Below are positions 18,556-28,067 of a stretch of 64,000 nt of DNA, one piece after another. The stretch's first letter is position 1. Each line of letters starts with the position of its first letter. Made by a program: the position numbers and the translations under genes. The notes beneath the pieces were generated by a model. That model saw only the letters and a program-made list of their open reading frames with translations. It had not been told where the DNA came from and searched no databases. The DNA comes from a virus, in the IMG/VR virus record IMGVR_UViG_3300034069_000341, positions 1 through 64,000 of that record. One strand, 5' to 3'.

Positions 18556-20880
18556 ATGGTCGCTGTTGAGTGGGGTAAGCCCTCTGCAACAGTCCGAAAG
18601 GTCATCAAGAATTTGACGGCCCGCGTTAAGCCCCGGAGTGGCGTTTTCCCGCCGCTTCCGGGGCGTTCCGCGTCGGACGACGGTTGGCGTGCGTACATGA
18701 TCCGCACGGCTACCGGAGAGGTCGGTGCCCAGTTGCATCCGGTAGATGGATCATGGGAAATTCCCTTGAATGGGATCGAGTCTTGGAAGGTCAAGGTCAG
18801 CATCGAGGACCTTGAAGGTGTGGACCGCGCATGGTATACGGAGGGCATCGGAGGAGTGCTCATTACCTGGACGGTTGACGGGAAGGAAATCCCGTGGATC
18901 GCTGGCCCTGTTACTCAGTGGGACGCGGAGACTAATGGGTTTTTGGAGTATAGCGGCGGAGGAATCCGCGAGTGGTATGCCCGTCTTGTCATCGCAACTG
19001 ACCTGAGGGTCCGTAACAAGTCGCTGGGTCAGATCATGTGGCTCATTGCTAAGCAAGCGGATCTTAAGCCCGGTGGTGGGCCTCCGATCTACGACGCTTC
19101 CCCTGACCCTCAGGGTAGGGGGCACGAACGGAACTACATGGCTTGGGACCTGGCTAACGGCGGCATGGACAAGCGAATGTCTGAACTGTCGGCGGTCATT
19201 GACGGGCCAGACGTGATGTTCCGTCCTGAGTGGGCAGATAAGGCTCATACTAGCATTCGGTGGGGCTGCTACCACGGAACGTCCCAGTCGGCGAGGATTC
19301 AGTCCCCGACCGTTCATGTGTTCGATACTACGTCGGCCTACGGCTCGCTGAGTTCGGTAGAGGTTCGCACGTCCTCTTCGTTCCTGGTCTCCCGCGTGTG
19401 GGCGACCGGTGCCGGTTCTGGTGCTGGAACGATGATCGCCCGAGCTGAGGACCATTCGCTGGTCAGTGCCGGGTTCCCTTTCTATGAGACGGTCATTTCC
19501 GACACGTCCGCTACGGCGGACACCGAGGACACGACTTCTCTTGGAACGGATAAGCGAGTTCCTATCGCCCTTTCGGTGGGTAATGGAGTTCGTAACGCGC
19601 CGCTGAAGGCGACTGTTCGTATCCCTCTGGCTCTCCGAACGGGCGTGAAGAAGTGGCGACTGCATATCGAGAATAGGAATCCGTCAACCTCTAACGGAAG
19701 CCCCAGGACTACCCATGTAAAGTTCGGTGACCTGTACATGGGTAGCAACTGGAATAATGGCGGAATGGGCGAACCTAAGAAGGTCGTTGACATTATTGAT
19801 ATCGCCGCTGGCTCCTCGGAGACTGTTACCGAGTGGGTCGAGGAGAATATTGAGGAGAACATTGTCTTCTCTTTCTCTTACGAGACTTCCTCGGCGCCCC
19901 ATGCTTGCTACGGCGGCGGGTGGGTTCGTAAGGACGTTCGAGAAGAGGAGCGTCAGGGATTCAAGGGTCAGGTGAAGACCACGGATATTCCCTTCCACGT
20001 GTGGATCGAAGCCTACGTTGAAGAGAGCACCCCGGTGGTCGCTATGGTCGGGTCGTCCTCCGCAGCTGGTTATGGCGCGAACCTCCCGGTTTTCGACTCG
20101 CCTCTTTCCTGGTTCTGCCGAGAGCACAAGGCTATTCCCGTGCACTATGCTATCCCCGGTGACACGATGCTCAACTCTCTTGATCCGTCAAAGTACAAGT
20201 GGACTAAATGGAACGGCATGTCAAGGCCGGATAAGGTTTTGATGTACCTCGGTTCTAATGACATTTTTGGGTCAGCATCACTTGATGAACTGAAGTCGAG
20301 GGCTGAACGAATCATTGATATCATTGCGGATAAGATGAGCACTCAAATCTATATGGTCACTATCCCTCCGCGTACAGCACGACAGGCCGAAGAGGGTAAG
20401 CGCCGGGAGTACAATAAGTGGCTGAATAGCGGTGAGGTTCCCATTTCCAAGGGGGTTTACGATTTCGTGACTCCAATCTCGTCCGATGATGAGACTATCC
20501 GCAAGGAGTATGACTCGGACGGGACCCACCTGAACTCTAAGGGCTACAAGGTTCAGGCCCGCGCTCTGTGGGGTCTGGTTGAGGCGCAGTACGAGGACGG
20601 AAAGACGATCTACGGAATGTCTCAGTCCAAGGAACTCGCCGAGCGTGCCCTCGGTGAGTTGGGCAAGCGGCAGGACGGAGTTGACCAGATTACCGTAGAG
20701 GTGTCGTCGTTCGACCCGCTCTACGGTCTCGGACAGTGGTACGTGGGCGATACCGCCCGTGTGAAGGTCAAGGGGTGGCTCTCGGTCCCTGACGGCGTTC
20801 ACAATACCCGGATCATCAATGCCTCCGGGGATTTCAAGGATACAGTTAAGATCGACTTCCAGGAAGCGGTGATTGTGTGA
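18556..20880 (+). CDS. Minor tail protein with C-terminal SGNH/GDSL-type hydrolase domain
   Basis: 774 aa; blocks VAMVGSSSAAGYG, YLGSNDIFG, DSDGTHLNSKGY match SGNH blocks I, III, V. Confidence 0.65.
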   Translation: MVAVEWGKPSATVRKVIKNLTARVKPRSGVFPPLPGRSASDDGWRAYMIRTATGEVGAQLHPVDGSWEIPLNGIESWKVKVSIEDLEGVDRAWYTEGIGGVLITWTVDGKEIPWIAGPVTQWDAETNGFLEYSGGGIREWYARLVIATDLRVRNKSLGQIMWLIAKQADLKPGGGPPIYDASPDPQGRGHERNYMAWDLANGGMDKRMSELSAVIDGPDVMFRPEWADKAHTSIRWGCYHGTSQSARIQSPTVHVFDTTSAYGSLSSVEVRTSSSFLVSRVWATGAGSGAGTMIARAEDHSLVSAGFPFYETVISDTSATADTEDTTSLGTDKRVPIALSVGNGVRNAPLKATVRIPLALRTGVKKWRLHIENRNPSTSNGSPRTTHVKFGDLYMGSNWNNGGMGEPKKVVDIIDIAAGSSETVTEWVEENIEENIVFSFSYETSSAPHACYGGGWVRKDVREEERQGFKGQVKTTDIPFHVWIEAYVEESTPVVAMVGSSSAAGYGANLPVFDSPLSWFCREHKAIPVHYAIPGDTMLNSLDPSKYKWTKWNGMSRPDKVLMYLGSNDIFGSASLDELKSRAERIIDIIADKMSTQIYMVTIPPRTARQAEEGKRREYNKWLNSGEVPISKGVYDFVTPISSDDETIRKEYDSDGTHLNSKGYKVQARALWGLVEAQYEDGKTIYGMSQSKELAERALGELGKRQDGVDQITVEVSSFDPLYGLGQWYVGDTARVKVKGWLSVPDGVHNTRIINASGDFKDTVKIDFQEAVIV

Positions 20881-23600
20881 GTGCAGGATACACTAATCTG
20901 CGTACAGTGAGTTACCGCGATACGATTGCGGAACTCCTCGACAGGGCTAAACAGACGCATACCCGTGCTACGGGCGTGCAGGTGTTCTCCCCCGGTGACG
21001 GCATGGCCTATGAGGACGCGGAGGGGTTTATCAACCCCATCAGTCCAGCGCTTTTTGATGACGCTAAGAGTCAGATTGCTGAGGCCTCTGAGGCTCTAGT
21101 CGCCGCTGAGGCCGAGCTGGAAGCGGCCCAGGTCCGGATTGATGAGACTTCGGAGCTGTTGGGGCAGCTGGATAAGTTGGCCGGGAAGACCTCGGAGGAA
21201 GTCGCTGGTGTTGTGAAGGACATGGAGGCTGACCGGACGCGGCTCACTGCGGCTCAGGCTGATCTTGACGATCTGAAGCCCCGCCTCGGGGACGTGGAGA
21301 GCGTTGTCTCCGCCTCGGATGCGAAGGCGTCTCAGGCGGTGGCGGATGCGGCCCAGGCTTTGCAGGAGGCTCAGCAGGCACGGGAGTACGCGGAGGGACT
21401 GGACCCGTCTACGGGTGACGGGTCGTATTCGGAGTCGATGCAGGCCGCACAGCAAGCGGCTCGGGATGCGCTGGCGGCGATGGAGCGGGCCAACCAGGCG
21501 GTGACCAGTGCGTCAGGGAAGTCGTCGGTGCGGAATACCACCTCGCCCCCGCAGGGCGTGGGCACCGCTGTTGGTGACACGTGGTTCCAGTGGACTGCGT
21601 TCCCCGGTGGGACGGTTACGGGCCAGTGGACGTGGGATGGTGCGGCGTGGCGTCCGGTCACGCTGTCGCATCAGGTGTTGTCCTCACTGGACTTGGGCAA
21701 GGCCACGGTCGGCGAACTTGAGGGTGGTCGGATCAAGGCGCATTCGGTGGAGGCCCACAGGCTGACTATCGGCGTCGGGCAGAATGCAATCGCTGATCCG
21801 ATGTTCTCCTCAGTTGACTTGACTAATCGCCGAATGTCCGAATCGGTTGGCGCGTGGACCCAGAATCGTGCTGGCGCTACTACGTTTGTGGAAACCACGG
21901 GCACCGGCGCAGTGACCTTCCGATACTCGGGCACGCTGGCGAGCAGCGCCATTCCCACAGTCGCCGGTCAGAAGTGGAGGATTCAGGCTCAAGTGAATCC
22001 GGGCGGCGGTCAGGTCAGGACTAAAGTTCGATGGTTCAATGCTGCGGGAGTTTCCTCATATGTGGACGCGAGTGCTTATGTCACCGGCAATGCGGACACG
22101 AGCATCAGTACAATCTGGGAAGCCCCCGCAACAGCCGTGGGGTTCCTCGTTGACTTGTATAGTCCGGAGTCTTCAACCCCCCGAACTGTACGCGTCTATG
22201 CTGGTATTTCAGTTCAGTCCATGACTGGTTCGGTGCATATCGAGGACGGCGCTATTACGGCCTCCAAGGTTAATGCTCAGGAGGTTGCTGGCGCAATCGG
22301 CTCCTTTGTCAATGTCAAGGCGGAGAACGTCGAGGTCACCGAGTCTCTTGCGGCTAAGGTCTTCTCGGCGACTACTGCTAAGGTCGCTGAGCAGTTTGTC
22401 ACTGACCGTATGGTCATCGGCACTGGGACTGACGCTATGGTTCTTGAGGTACTGGGCAATGCTGTGGTGAACGACCTTAATCTTCGCGGCACTCTCCGGG
22501 GCCGGGACGCTATCCTGACGGGTACGGTTGATGTTGCTCAGTTGAACGTCACCGGGGATATGGCGGCGGAGATTGGCCGTTACATGAGGCTGGAGACTAA
22601 GAAGTTGATTGTCACCGAGGCAGCAGTTATGCAGCATGTGACTGCTATCGAGGGGATCATCACCCCGAAGATCACCGCCTCCGAGGCTAAGATGGGAAGT
22701 CTCATCGCGCAGAAGGCCAGTATCGCGGACATCGAGGGCGGGAACCTCACCCTGACCGGGCACTTCCGATCCGGCGCGGTCGGGAAGCCAGGAGTGATTA
22801 TCCCGCAGAACTACACTACTCAGGCGGGGATGGAGCAGTTGGGCGTCTGGCTTGCGCCAGACGGCAAGGCCCCTTCTTTGGGCTCTGAGTGGGGTCGTAC
22901 TGCGGGAATGTGGCTGGACAACGCTTCTAATGTCGTGGGGTCAACTAACTCCTCCCCGCTATTCATCCGGGGTCAGGCCGGGGCGGGCGTCCGCATCATG
23001 GGTGGCCTCTCCGTCGGGGCCGGCAACGGGGACGCGCTAATCACCTCAGCTGGCTCGGGAGACATGGCTATTAACGCACGAAGCGGGGACGTCAACTTCC
23101 TCGCGGGGAAGCAGTTTAATTCCTATAGCTCTGCTATGACAATCCTTACTGGCTACACCGGGGTAGTTCTACGAACCAACGGGTATCACACCTTGCAAAA
23201 CTCGGCTGGATCAGCGTACCCGAGAGGGGCTGGAAGCAATTCATACGTTAATCTGCTGATGGATTCGTCTAATGGGCGGGTATACAGGTCCACTTCAGCC
23301 CGGAAATATAAGGCAGATATCCAACCCTTCACTCCACCGCAGGAGTGGTTGGATATGCCGGTGTATTCTTATCGAGCCATTGAGGACCCAGTAACCGGCA
23401 GAATACAGCTTGGTTCCCTCGCGGATGAGGCCGAAGAGTATGGCGCAGGTGCTCTCGTCTCTTATGGCCCTGAAGGTGAAGTCGAAGATTACCATTACTC
23501 ACGAGAAGTAGTGGTCCTGCGGTATTTCCTCCGCGAGCACCGAGACAAGATCGCGGACCTGGAAGCCCGTATCGCAGAACTTGAATCGGCCCTTCTGTGA
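20877..23600 (+). CDS. Tail fibre with coiled-coil N-region and C-terminal intramolecular-chaperone (peptidase S74-like) domain
   Basis: 907 aa; Ala/Glu/Gln heptad-like region about 21,050-21,500; C-end ...YRSTSARKYKADIQPF...LADLEARIAELESALL typical of auto-cleaving chaperone domains. Confidence 0.6.
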   Translation: MSAGYTNLRTVSYRDTIAELLDRAKQTHTRATGVQVFSPGDGMAYEDAEGFINPISPALFDDAKSQIAEASEALVAAEAELEAAQVRIDETSELLGQLDKLAGKTSEEVAGVVKDMEADRTRLTAAQADLDDLKPRLGDVESVVSASDAKASQAVADAAQALQEAQQAREYAEGLDPSTGDGSYSESMQAAQQAARDALAAMERANQAVTSASGKSSVRNTTSPPQGVGTAVGDTWFQWTAFPGGTVTGQWTWDGAAWRPVTLSHQVLSSLDLGKATVGELEGGRIKAHSVEAHRLTIGVGQNAIADPMFSSVDLTNRRMSESVGAWTQNRAGATTFVETTGTGAVTFRYSGTLASSAIPTVAGQKWRIQAQVNPGGGQVRTKVRWFNAAGVSSYVDASAYVTGNADTSISTIWEAPATAVGFLVDLYSPESSTPRTVRVYAGISVQSMTGSVHIEDGAITASKVNAQEVAGAIGSFVNVKAENVEVTESLAAKVFSATTAKVAEQFVTDRMVIGTGTDAMVLEVLGNAVVNDLNLRGTLRGRDAILTGTVDVAQLNVTGDMAAEIGRYMRLETKKLIVTEAAVMQHVTAIEGIITPKITASEAKMGSLIAQKASIADIEGGNLTLTGHFRSGAVGKPGVIIPQNYTTQAGMEQLGVWLAPDGKAPSLGSEWGRTAGMWLDNASNVVGSTNSSPLFIRGQAGAGVRIMGGLSVGAGNGDALITSAGSGDMAINARSGDVNFLAGKQFNSYSSAMTILTGYTGVVLRTNGYHTLQNSAGSAYPRGAGSNSYVNLLMDSSNGRVYRSTSARKYKADIQPFTPPQEWLDMPVYSYRAIEDPVTGRIQLGSLADEAEEYGAGALVSYGPEGEVEDYHYSREVVVLRYFLREHRDKIADLEARIAELESALL

Positions 23601-23608
23601 TATAATGG
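23596..23608 (+). promoter_or_regulatory. Extended -10 promoter TGTGATATAATGG overlapping the fibre stop codon
   Basis: Identical 13-mer to 5751-5763. Confidence 0.55.
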
Positions 23609-23663
23609 TATTGCCGAACCGTCCTCGGCCATTATCGTAGGAGAGTGATCCCCTATCTCGTCT

Positions 23664-23701
23664 AGCGCCCCCATTGTCTTAGGACAGTGGGGGCGCTTTT
23701 C
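23664..23701 (+). terminator. Intrinsic terminator
   Basis: AGCGCCCCCATTGTC / GACAGTGGGGGCGCT arms (one G.U), then TTTT. Confidence 0.75.
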
Positions 23702-23712
23702 GTGATATAATG
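23701..23712 (+). promoter_or_regulatory. Extended -10 promoter GTGATATAATG
   Basis: Directly after terminator; 40 nt before 23751 gene. Confidence 0.5.
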
Positions 23713-23750
23713 TAATTTGAAAACCGTTAATTGAATAGAAAGGGCATCAC

Positions 23751-24653
23751 ATGGCTTTCCCTTCGGGAGTAACCACTGCCACTATTTCTCTAGGAACAAT
23801 GTTCGACTTTCGCGGCAATGCTGTCGATAAGGTCACCGCTAAGGTCGAGGTGTTCCTCGGCGGAAATGCTACTAAGCTGAACTACCGGGGCACGGGTCAG
23901 ACTGTTGTCCCTTCAGTATTCACCGTGGAAGCGGTGGAGGGGATGGTCTCCTTCCAGTTGCCGCATGTCGATCAGCCCGGATTCTTTGCGGGGGACGGCA
24001 CTGAGGCTAAGTACTGGGCCTACATCATTTCCATTCAGGCTACGCCTCCAGGGTCAAAGGCCGTCAAGTGGGTCAAGCGACTTCAGCCCATCGTGGGGCA
24101 GGACTCCATTGATCTTGACAATGTTGTTGACGGTGAACTCACGTCGTTCGTCTCGACCCCGCAGGCTACTGTTACCTCGGTGAACGGGATGACAGGCGAC
24201 GTCTGGGTCTCCGGCGGTGGATCAGGTACACCTATCGACCTCTCCGAGTATGTCACTGAGGCTGAACTGGATGCGGCTATCCAGTCGGTGGACCTGTCGG
24301 TCGATACCACCGCAATCTACTCCCGAATCGATGAGGTGGAGTCGTCTATTCCGGACGTGAGCGCGTTCGTGACTCGGAACGAAATCCAGAATTATGCTCT
24401 TGCGGAGGATATTCCTGACACAAGCACGTTCGCGACCCGAAACGAGCTTCAGAATTATGCTCTCGCGGAGAGTATTCCGGATACGAGTAATCTGGCGACT
24501 AAGGACGAACTTCAGAACTACGCTCTTTCAGAGCACACGCACACTGACCTTGAGCAGCGCATCACAGCACTTGAAGGCGCCCCGTCCGGCGGGTCGGTTA
24601 CGCTGGTCGAGTCCCCGGCAGGGTCCGGGCTTTACGAGATTCAGGGGGTCTGA
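23751..24653 (+). CDS. Minor tail/fibre protein with 21-aa tandem repeats
   Basis: 300 aa; F(V/A)TRNE(I/L)QNYALAE(D/S)IPDTS(T/N) repeated; C-end HTHTDLEQRITALE...SPAGSGLYEIQGV. Confidence 0.55.
   Translation: MAFPSGVTTATISLGTMFDFRGNAVDKVTAKVEVFLGGNATKLNYRGTGQTVVPSVFTVEAVEGMVSFQLPHVDQPGFFAGDGTEAKYWAYIISIQATPPGSKAVKWVKRLQPIVGQDSIDLDNVVDGELTSFVSTPQATVTSVNGMTGDVWVSGGGSGTPIDLSEYVTEAELDAAIQSVDLSVDTTAIYSRIDEVESSIPDVSAFVTRNEIQNYALAEDIPDTSTFATRNELQNYALAESIPDTSNLATKDELQNYALSEHTHTDLEQRITALEGAPSGGSVTLVESPAGSGLYEIQGV
24366..24536 (+). repeat. 63-nt in-frame tandem repeat, about 2.7 copies
   Basis: Units start 24366, 24429, 24492. Confidence 0.85.
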
Positions 24654-24655
24654 GT

Positions 24656-26008
24656 ATGGTGAAGCTCATTGGAGTAGATGACGAAGGTCGAATCTCTGGT
24701 GACGGTGTTGCCGCCGTACAGATCGCCTCAGCAGCAGACCGATTGGCACTGGCGGCGAAACTCTCCGTGCCCAGGTTCAATCCGGAGCCTTCAACCGTAG
24801 CGGTCGATATCACAAGTTCCGCCGATGCCTCGGGGCAGGCGATCCAGGGGGGCATCGAGGTTAACGTCCATGCTCTGCGGTCTCAGCTGGGCGCATACCC
24901 GAATCCGGCGATGTGGCGCATCGAATATGGTCTGGCACCGCTTGAAATTATGGTTGACGGGTCTACGGGCGCGGAGTTCGAGATTCGTGGGGTCGGTCTC
25001 AACGCGCTGGCATCCCGCACGGTGGTATGGGTGGATGATCGACCACTGCCCATAGTCGAGACGCCAGGTGCGGGGACGAATATCGCATGGTTCTTCCGGG
25101 TGAAGTTCGCGGACCCCGGACGGCACCGGGTGCGTATCCATCAGCAAGGGGTCGCGGTTGAGGGTATCCGAACGCGGGATGCGAACACAACACTCTCACC
25201 GGCGGTGCGTCGCCCCGCAGTCGGGGCGGTGACGGACAGTTTCGGCGGCGCTACTGATTACGTGGAGGCAGCGGAAACGCCGTTGCAGGTGATCGAGGAA
25301 CGGCTGAACGTGAATCTGCTTCGCTCCACAATCGGTGGTTCCGGGTACCTGGCGGATGGGTCTTGGGTTCGGTTCGCCCACCCGGACCGGCTCGCCCCGT
25401 GGTCATCCGCTGAGCTTGACGCGGTGCTCTTCTTCGGGTCCATCAACGACCCGGCTGAAGCGACCGAGGACGAGTACAAGGTCGCAGCGACTCAGACCTG
25501 GGACGCATATGCGGACCTTCTTCCGGGGAAGCCGCTGGTCGTGTTCGGTATGCAGCCGTCGTCGGCGTATCGAACGGTGGAGGGCCCCGATGTGGCCCGA
25601 CTCAATCACTGGCTGTATGAAGCGGCGCAAGCGCACCCGGCGGTGACTGCGTTCGTGGATATGATCGGCACCGCTCGGGCCTTCTCTGGTCAGGAGCAAC
25701 CAGCCTGGGAGTCTGCTGCGACTTATCAGGCAGGGGATATCGTGCGGTTCCAGGGCGCTCATTACGCCTGCGTTACCCCGATGCAGTACGCGCCTCCGTC
25801 CACCGCCGCGTTCTGGCGTCAGGTCTCGTGGGTGTTCACGGGCACGGGGAAGCGCGGGGAGCCGACACAGGACGGCAACAGGGACGCTTTGCTCGGGGAG
25901 GACGGGACACACCCTACCGCTCTGGGTGCGCACGTATTCGGGCAGCAGATGTCACGATCTTTGGTGGAGGCGTTGTCTTCTCCTTTGGAGTTCACCTATG
26001 TTAACTAA
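24656..26008 (+). CDS. Tail-associated SGNH-type esterase with CBM5/12-like C-terminal motif
   Basis: 450 aa; shared N-terminal module MVKLIGVDDEGRISG...; VTDSFGG, FFGSINDP, GEDGTHPT blocks; AWESAATYQAGDIVRFQGAHYAC...FWRQV. Confidence 0.55.
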   Translation: MVKLIGVDDEGRISGDGVAAVQIASAADRLALAAKLSVPRFNPEPSTVAVDITSSADASGQAIQGGIEVNVHALRSQLGAYPNPAMWRIEYGLAPLEIMVDGSTGAEFEIRGVGLNALASRTVVWVDDRPLPIVETPGAGTNIAWFFRVKFADPGRHRVRIHQQGVAVEGIRTRDANTTLSPAVRRPAVGAVTDSFGGATDYVEAAETPLQVIEERLNVNLLRSTIGGSGYLADGSWVRFAHPDRLAPWSSAELDAVLFFGSINDPAEATEDEYKVAATQTWDAYADLLPGKPLVVFGMQPSSAYRTVEGPDVARLNHWLYEAAQAHPAVTAFVDMIGTARAFSGQEQPAWESAATYQAGDIVRFQGAHYACVTPMQYAPPSTAAFWRQVSWVFTGTGKRGEPTQDGNRDALLGEDGTHPTALGAHVFGQQMSRSLVEALSSPLEFTYVN

Positions 26009-26013
26009 GGGGT

Positions 26014-27165
26014 ATGATGACTCGGCTTCTCGGCGTCTCTGACTCGGGGGTTCTCGTGGGCGGGGCGGCCACTGCCGTGCAGGCGGCGGTCGCCCCACTG
26101 CTGAACTCAGAGTTCACCTACCCACAGGCATACGCCGCCGCCCCGAACGGGAACGATGATACAGACGTTCTGGCGGATGCGGCGGCTAAGGGCTTGGCCC
26201 TGCGTCCAGGGGTCTACCGGGCGACCCGACCGATTGACGTGTCCAATGCTGTCCTGGTCGGTGTCCCCCGCAAGACAGTCATCCACGTGACCAGCGAGAG
26301 CCTGCTCTCGACGTCCCGAGCGTGGGAGTCCCTGCACGTCTCTGGTATCAACTTTGAGGCGCGTAGCGACCTAGTACGGAACTTCCTGCGGTGTACTTAC
26401 ACAGGTATAGATGTAGCTAGCAAGAAGGTGATATCTGACTGCGAGTTTCGTGGCCACACTCGCGCCGCCGTATCCTGCGCGCAATATGACAATCCTTACG
26501 TCCTAGTAGACCGTTGTCAATTCCATGGAGCAAACATGACCACCTCATCGGGGGTTGCCTTGGCGGGGAACATGGACGGGTCCCGAATTCGAGACTGCGA
26601 CTTCCTGATCGGGAAGCATGGAGTTATTGTGGGTCAGGCCGGTATCACTATGGAAATTACCGGCTGCGATTTCGTTCACTTTGGACCCGGAAATAATCGA
26701 ACTAACGTTTGGGCCATTCCCCATGATAACTACGTCAACGCAGGCCACGGATTCCAGATCACCGACAACAAGTTCGGTAACGAGAATCTGGATGCGAGCG
26801 ACTACCGCGTTGTCTTCGCCGACAAGGGCGCGCCATTCGACGCCCAGGCATCCATCCCAGGTGACTGGGACATGTCCACTGCGGTGTCCGCCGGGTACGC
26901 TATCCAGGGGCAGATCACCGGGAATCGGTTCTGTGGTGGTCCCGAGGGGATGCGCTCTCCGGTCATCAGCCACACCCCACGTCTGTGGGCCTATACGATC
27001 CGGGACAACCCGGCTGTGGGGACTCCAGGGCCGTATGCGGTCGAGTTCGCCCCTGGTGCCCTGCCCACGCGGCAGACAAACACCCGCGTGCAGGCGGGGT
27101 CTACCATCCCGGGGAACACATCTCAGGCGGCGACGAATGCCGCCGAGTACATGATACTAGATTAA
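26014..27165 (+). CDS. Tail-associated right-handed beta-helix (pectate-lyase-fold) depolymerase-like protein
   Basis: 383 aa; shared N-terminal module; PbH1-like rungs ISDCEFRGH, VDRCQFHGAN, IRDCDFLIGKHG, ITGCDFVHFG, ITDNKFGN, ITGNRFCGG. Confidence 0.55.
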   Translation: MMTRLLGVSDSGVLVGGAATAVQAAVAPLLNSEFTYPQAYAAAPNGNDDTDVLADAAAKGLALRPGVYRATRPIDVSNAVLVGVPRKTVIHVTSESLLSTSRAWESLHVSGINFEARSDLVRNFLRCTYTGIDVASKKVISDCEFRGHTRAAVSCAQYDNPYVLVDRCQFHGANMTTSSGVALAGNMDGSRIRDCDFLIGKHGVIVGQAGITMEITGCDFVHFGPGNNRTNVWAIPHDNYVNAGHGFQITDNKFGNENLDASDYRVVFADKGAPFDAQASIPGDWDMSTAVSAGYAIQGQITGNRFCGGPEGMRSPVISHTPRLWAYTIRDNPAVGTPGPYAVEFAPGALPTRQTNTRVQAGSTIPGNTSQAATNAAEYMILD

Positions 27166-27175
27166 GAGGATTTTT

Positions 27176-27331
27176 ATGCCTAAGTTAATTGGAGTCGATG
27201 ACCAGGGCCACTTGGGCGAGCAAGCTACAGCCGCTATCGCTCAGGCGGGGTTCGCCTCAGTCGGGCACACGCACCAAATCTCGGGCGTTGAGGACCCCGC
27301 CGGGTCTGGTACTTATAGGATGGTGAACTGA
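27176..27331 (+). CDS. 51-aa mini tail-module protein (N-terminal adaptor motif only)
   Basis: AAGAGGA RBS, ATG 27176; MPKLIGVDDQGHLGEQATAAIAQAG...HTHQISGVEDPAGSGTYRMVN; hand-translated. Confidence 0.45.
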   Translation: MPKLIGVDDQGHLGEQATAAIAQAGFASVGHTHQISGVEDPAGSGTYRMVN

Positions 27332-27332
27332 T

Positions 27333-28067
27333 ATGGTACGTTTTATCGCTGTTGATGACAACGGCAAGATCACTGGCACCGTGGCTAAGCCCGCTATTGA
27401 GTCTGTGGCAAAGCCTCTGGTGGACGCTGCCGAGGCTAGGCTCACTCCGAAGCCTATTCTGAAGACTGCCGCTGTCCAGGCGGCGAAGGCAAATGGTGCT
27501 GCCGACGGCCCTACGAATCTCATGATGCGTATGATTGTGAACGTGAAGCCGGTGGCTACCCGTTGGCGGGTGCGAATCCGCAACGCTGGCGCGACAGCCC
27601 AGGGATCGGGGACGCTGAGTTCGGTGGGTATCTATCATGGCCCGACTGCTACCAACCCCGCACTGGTTGCGGCGAACCCCATCCTCCGAGCGGTCCCCGA
27701 ATTCACCATCACCGGCGCCACCGAATACGTCTCGCCCTGGGTGAGCGGAACCACATTTCCCCTCGGGGGTAGCAAGGACTACTCGATCAGCTTCAACTTC
27801 ACCGGGGCGACCACTACGGTGATGGGGGACGCAACCCTGCCCATCTACACCGCTCCTGGTACTAACAATGGCGGGGCTACGTGGGTGACCCCCACCCTGG
27901 CGACCCGCGTGCCTCTAGCCGTCACCGTGGAGTATGAGGCCGAGTACGCGCAGGGGGCTGTCGCTCAGGGAGGCATCATGCAGGTGACCCGCGAGGAGTA
28001 CCTTGCCGCCCGTACGGCGGGAACCCTCGACTCCGGGGTCTTCTACGCCGTCACGGAGTCTGTCTGA
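27333..28067 (+). CDS. Minor tail protein with shared N-terminal module
   Basis: 244 aa; MVRFIAVDDNGKITG...; C-end QVTREEYLAARTAGTLDSGVFYAVTE. Confidence 0.5.
   Translation: MVRFIAVDDNGKITGTVAKPAIESVAKPLVDAAEARLTPKPILKTAAVQAAKANGAADGPTNLMMRMIVNVKPVATRWRVRIRNAGATAQGSGTLSSVGIYHGPTATNPALVAANPILRAVPEFTITGATEYVSPWVSGTTFPLGGSKDYSISFNFTGATTTVMGDATLPIYTAPGTNNGGATWVTPTLATRVPLAVTVEYEAEYAQGAVAQGGIMQVTREEYLAARTAGTLDSGVFYAVTESV

Noticed and set aside
20877-28067. Diversity-generating retroelement targeting tail fibres
   Set aside because: There is no reverse transcriptase gene anywhere in the window. The repeats seen in tail genes are in-frame tandem units, not a template/variable repeat pair with adenine-specific differences.
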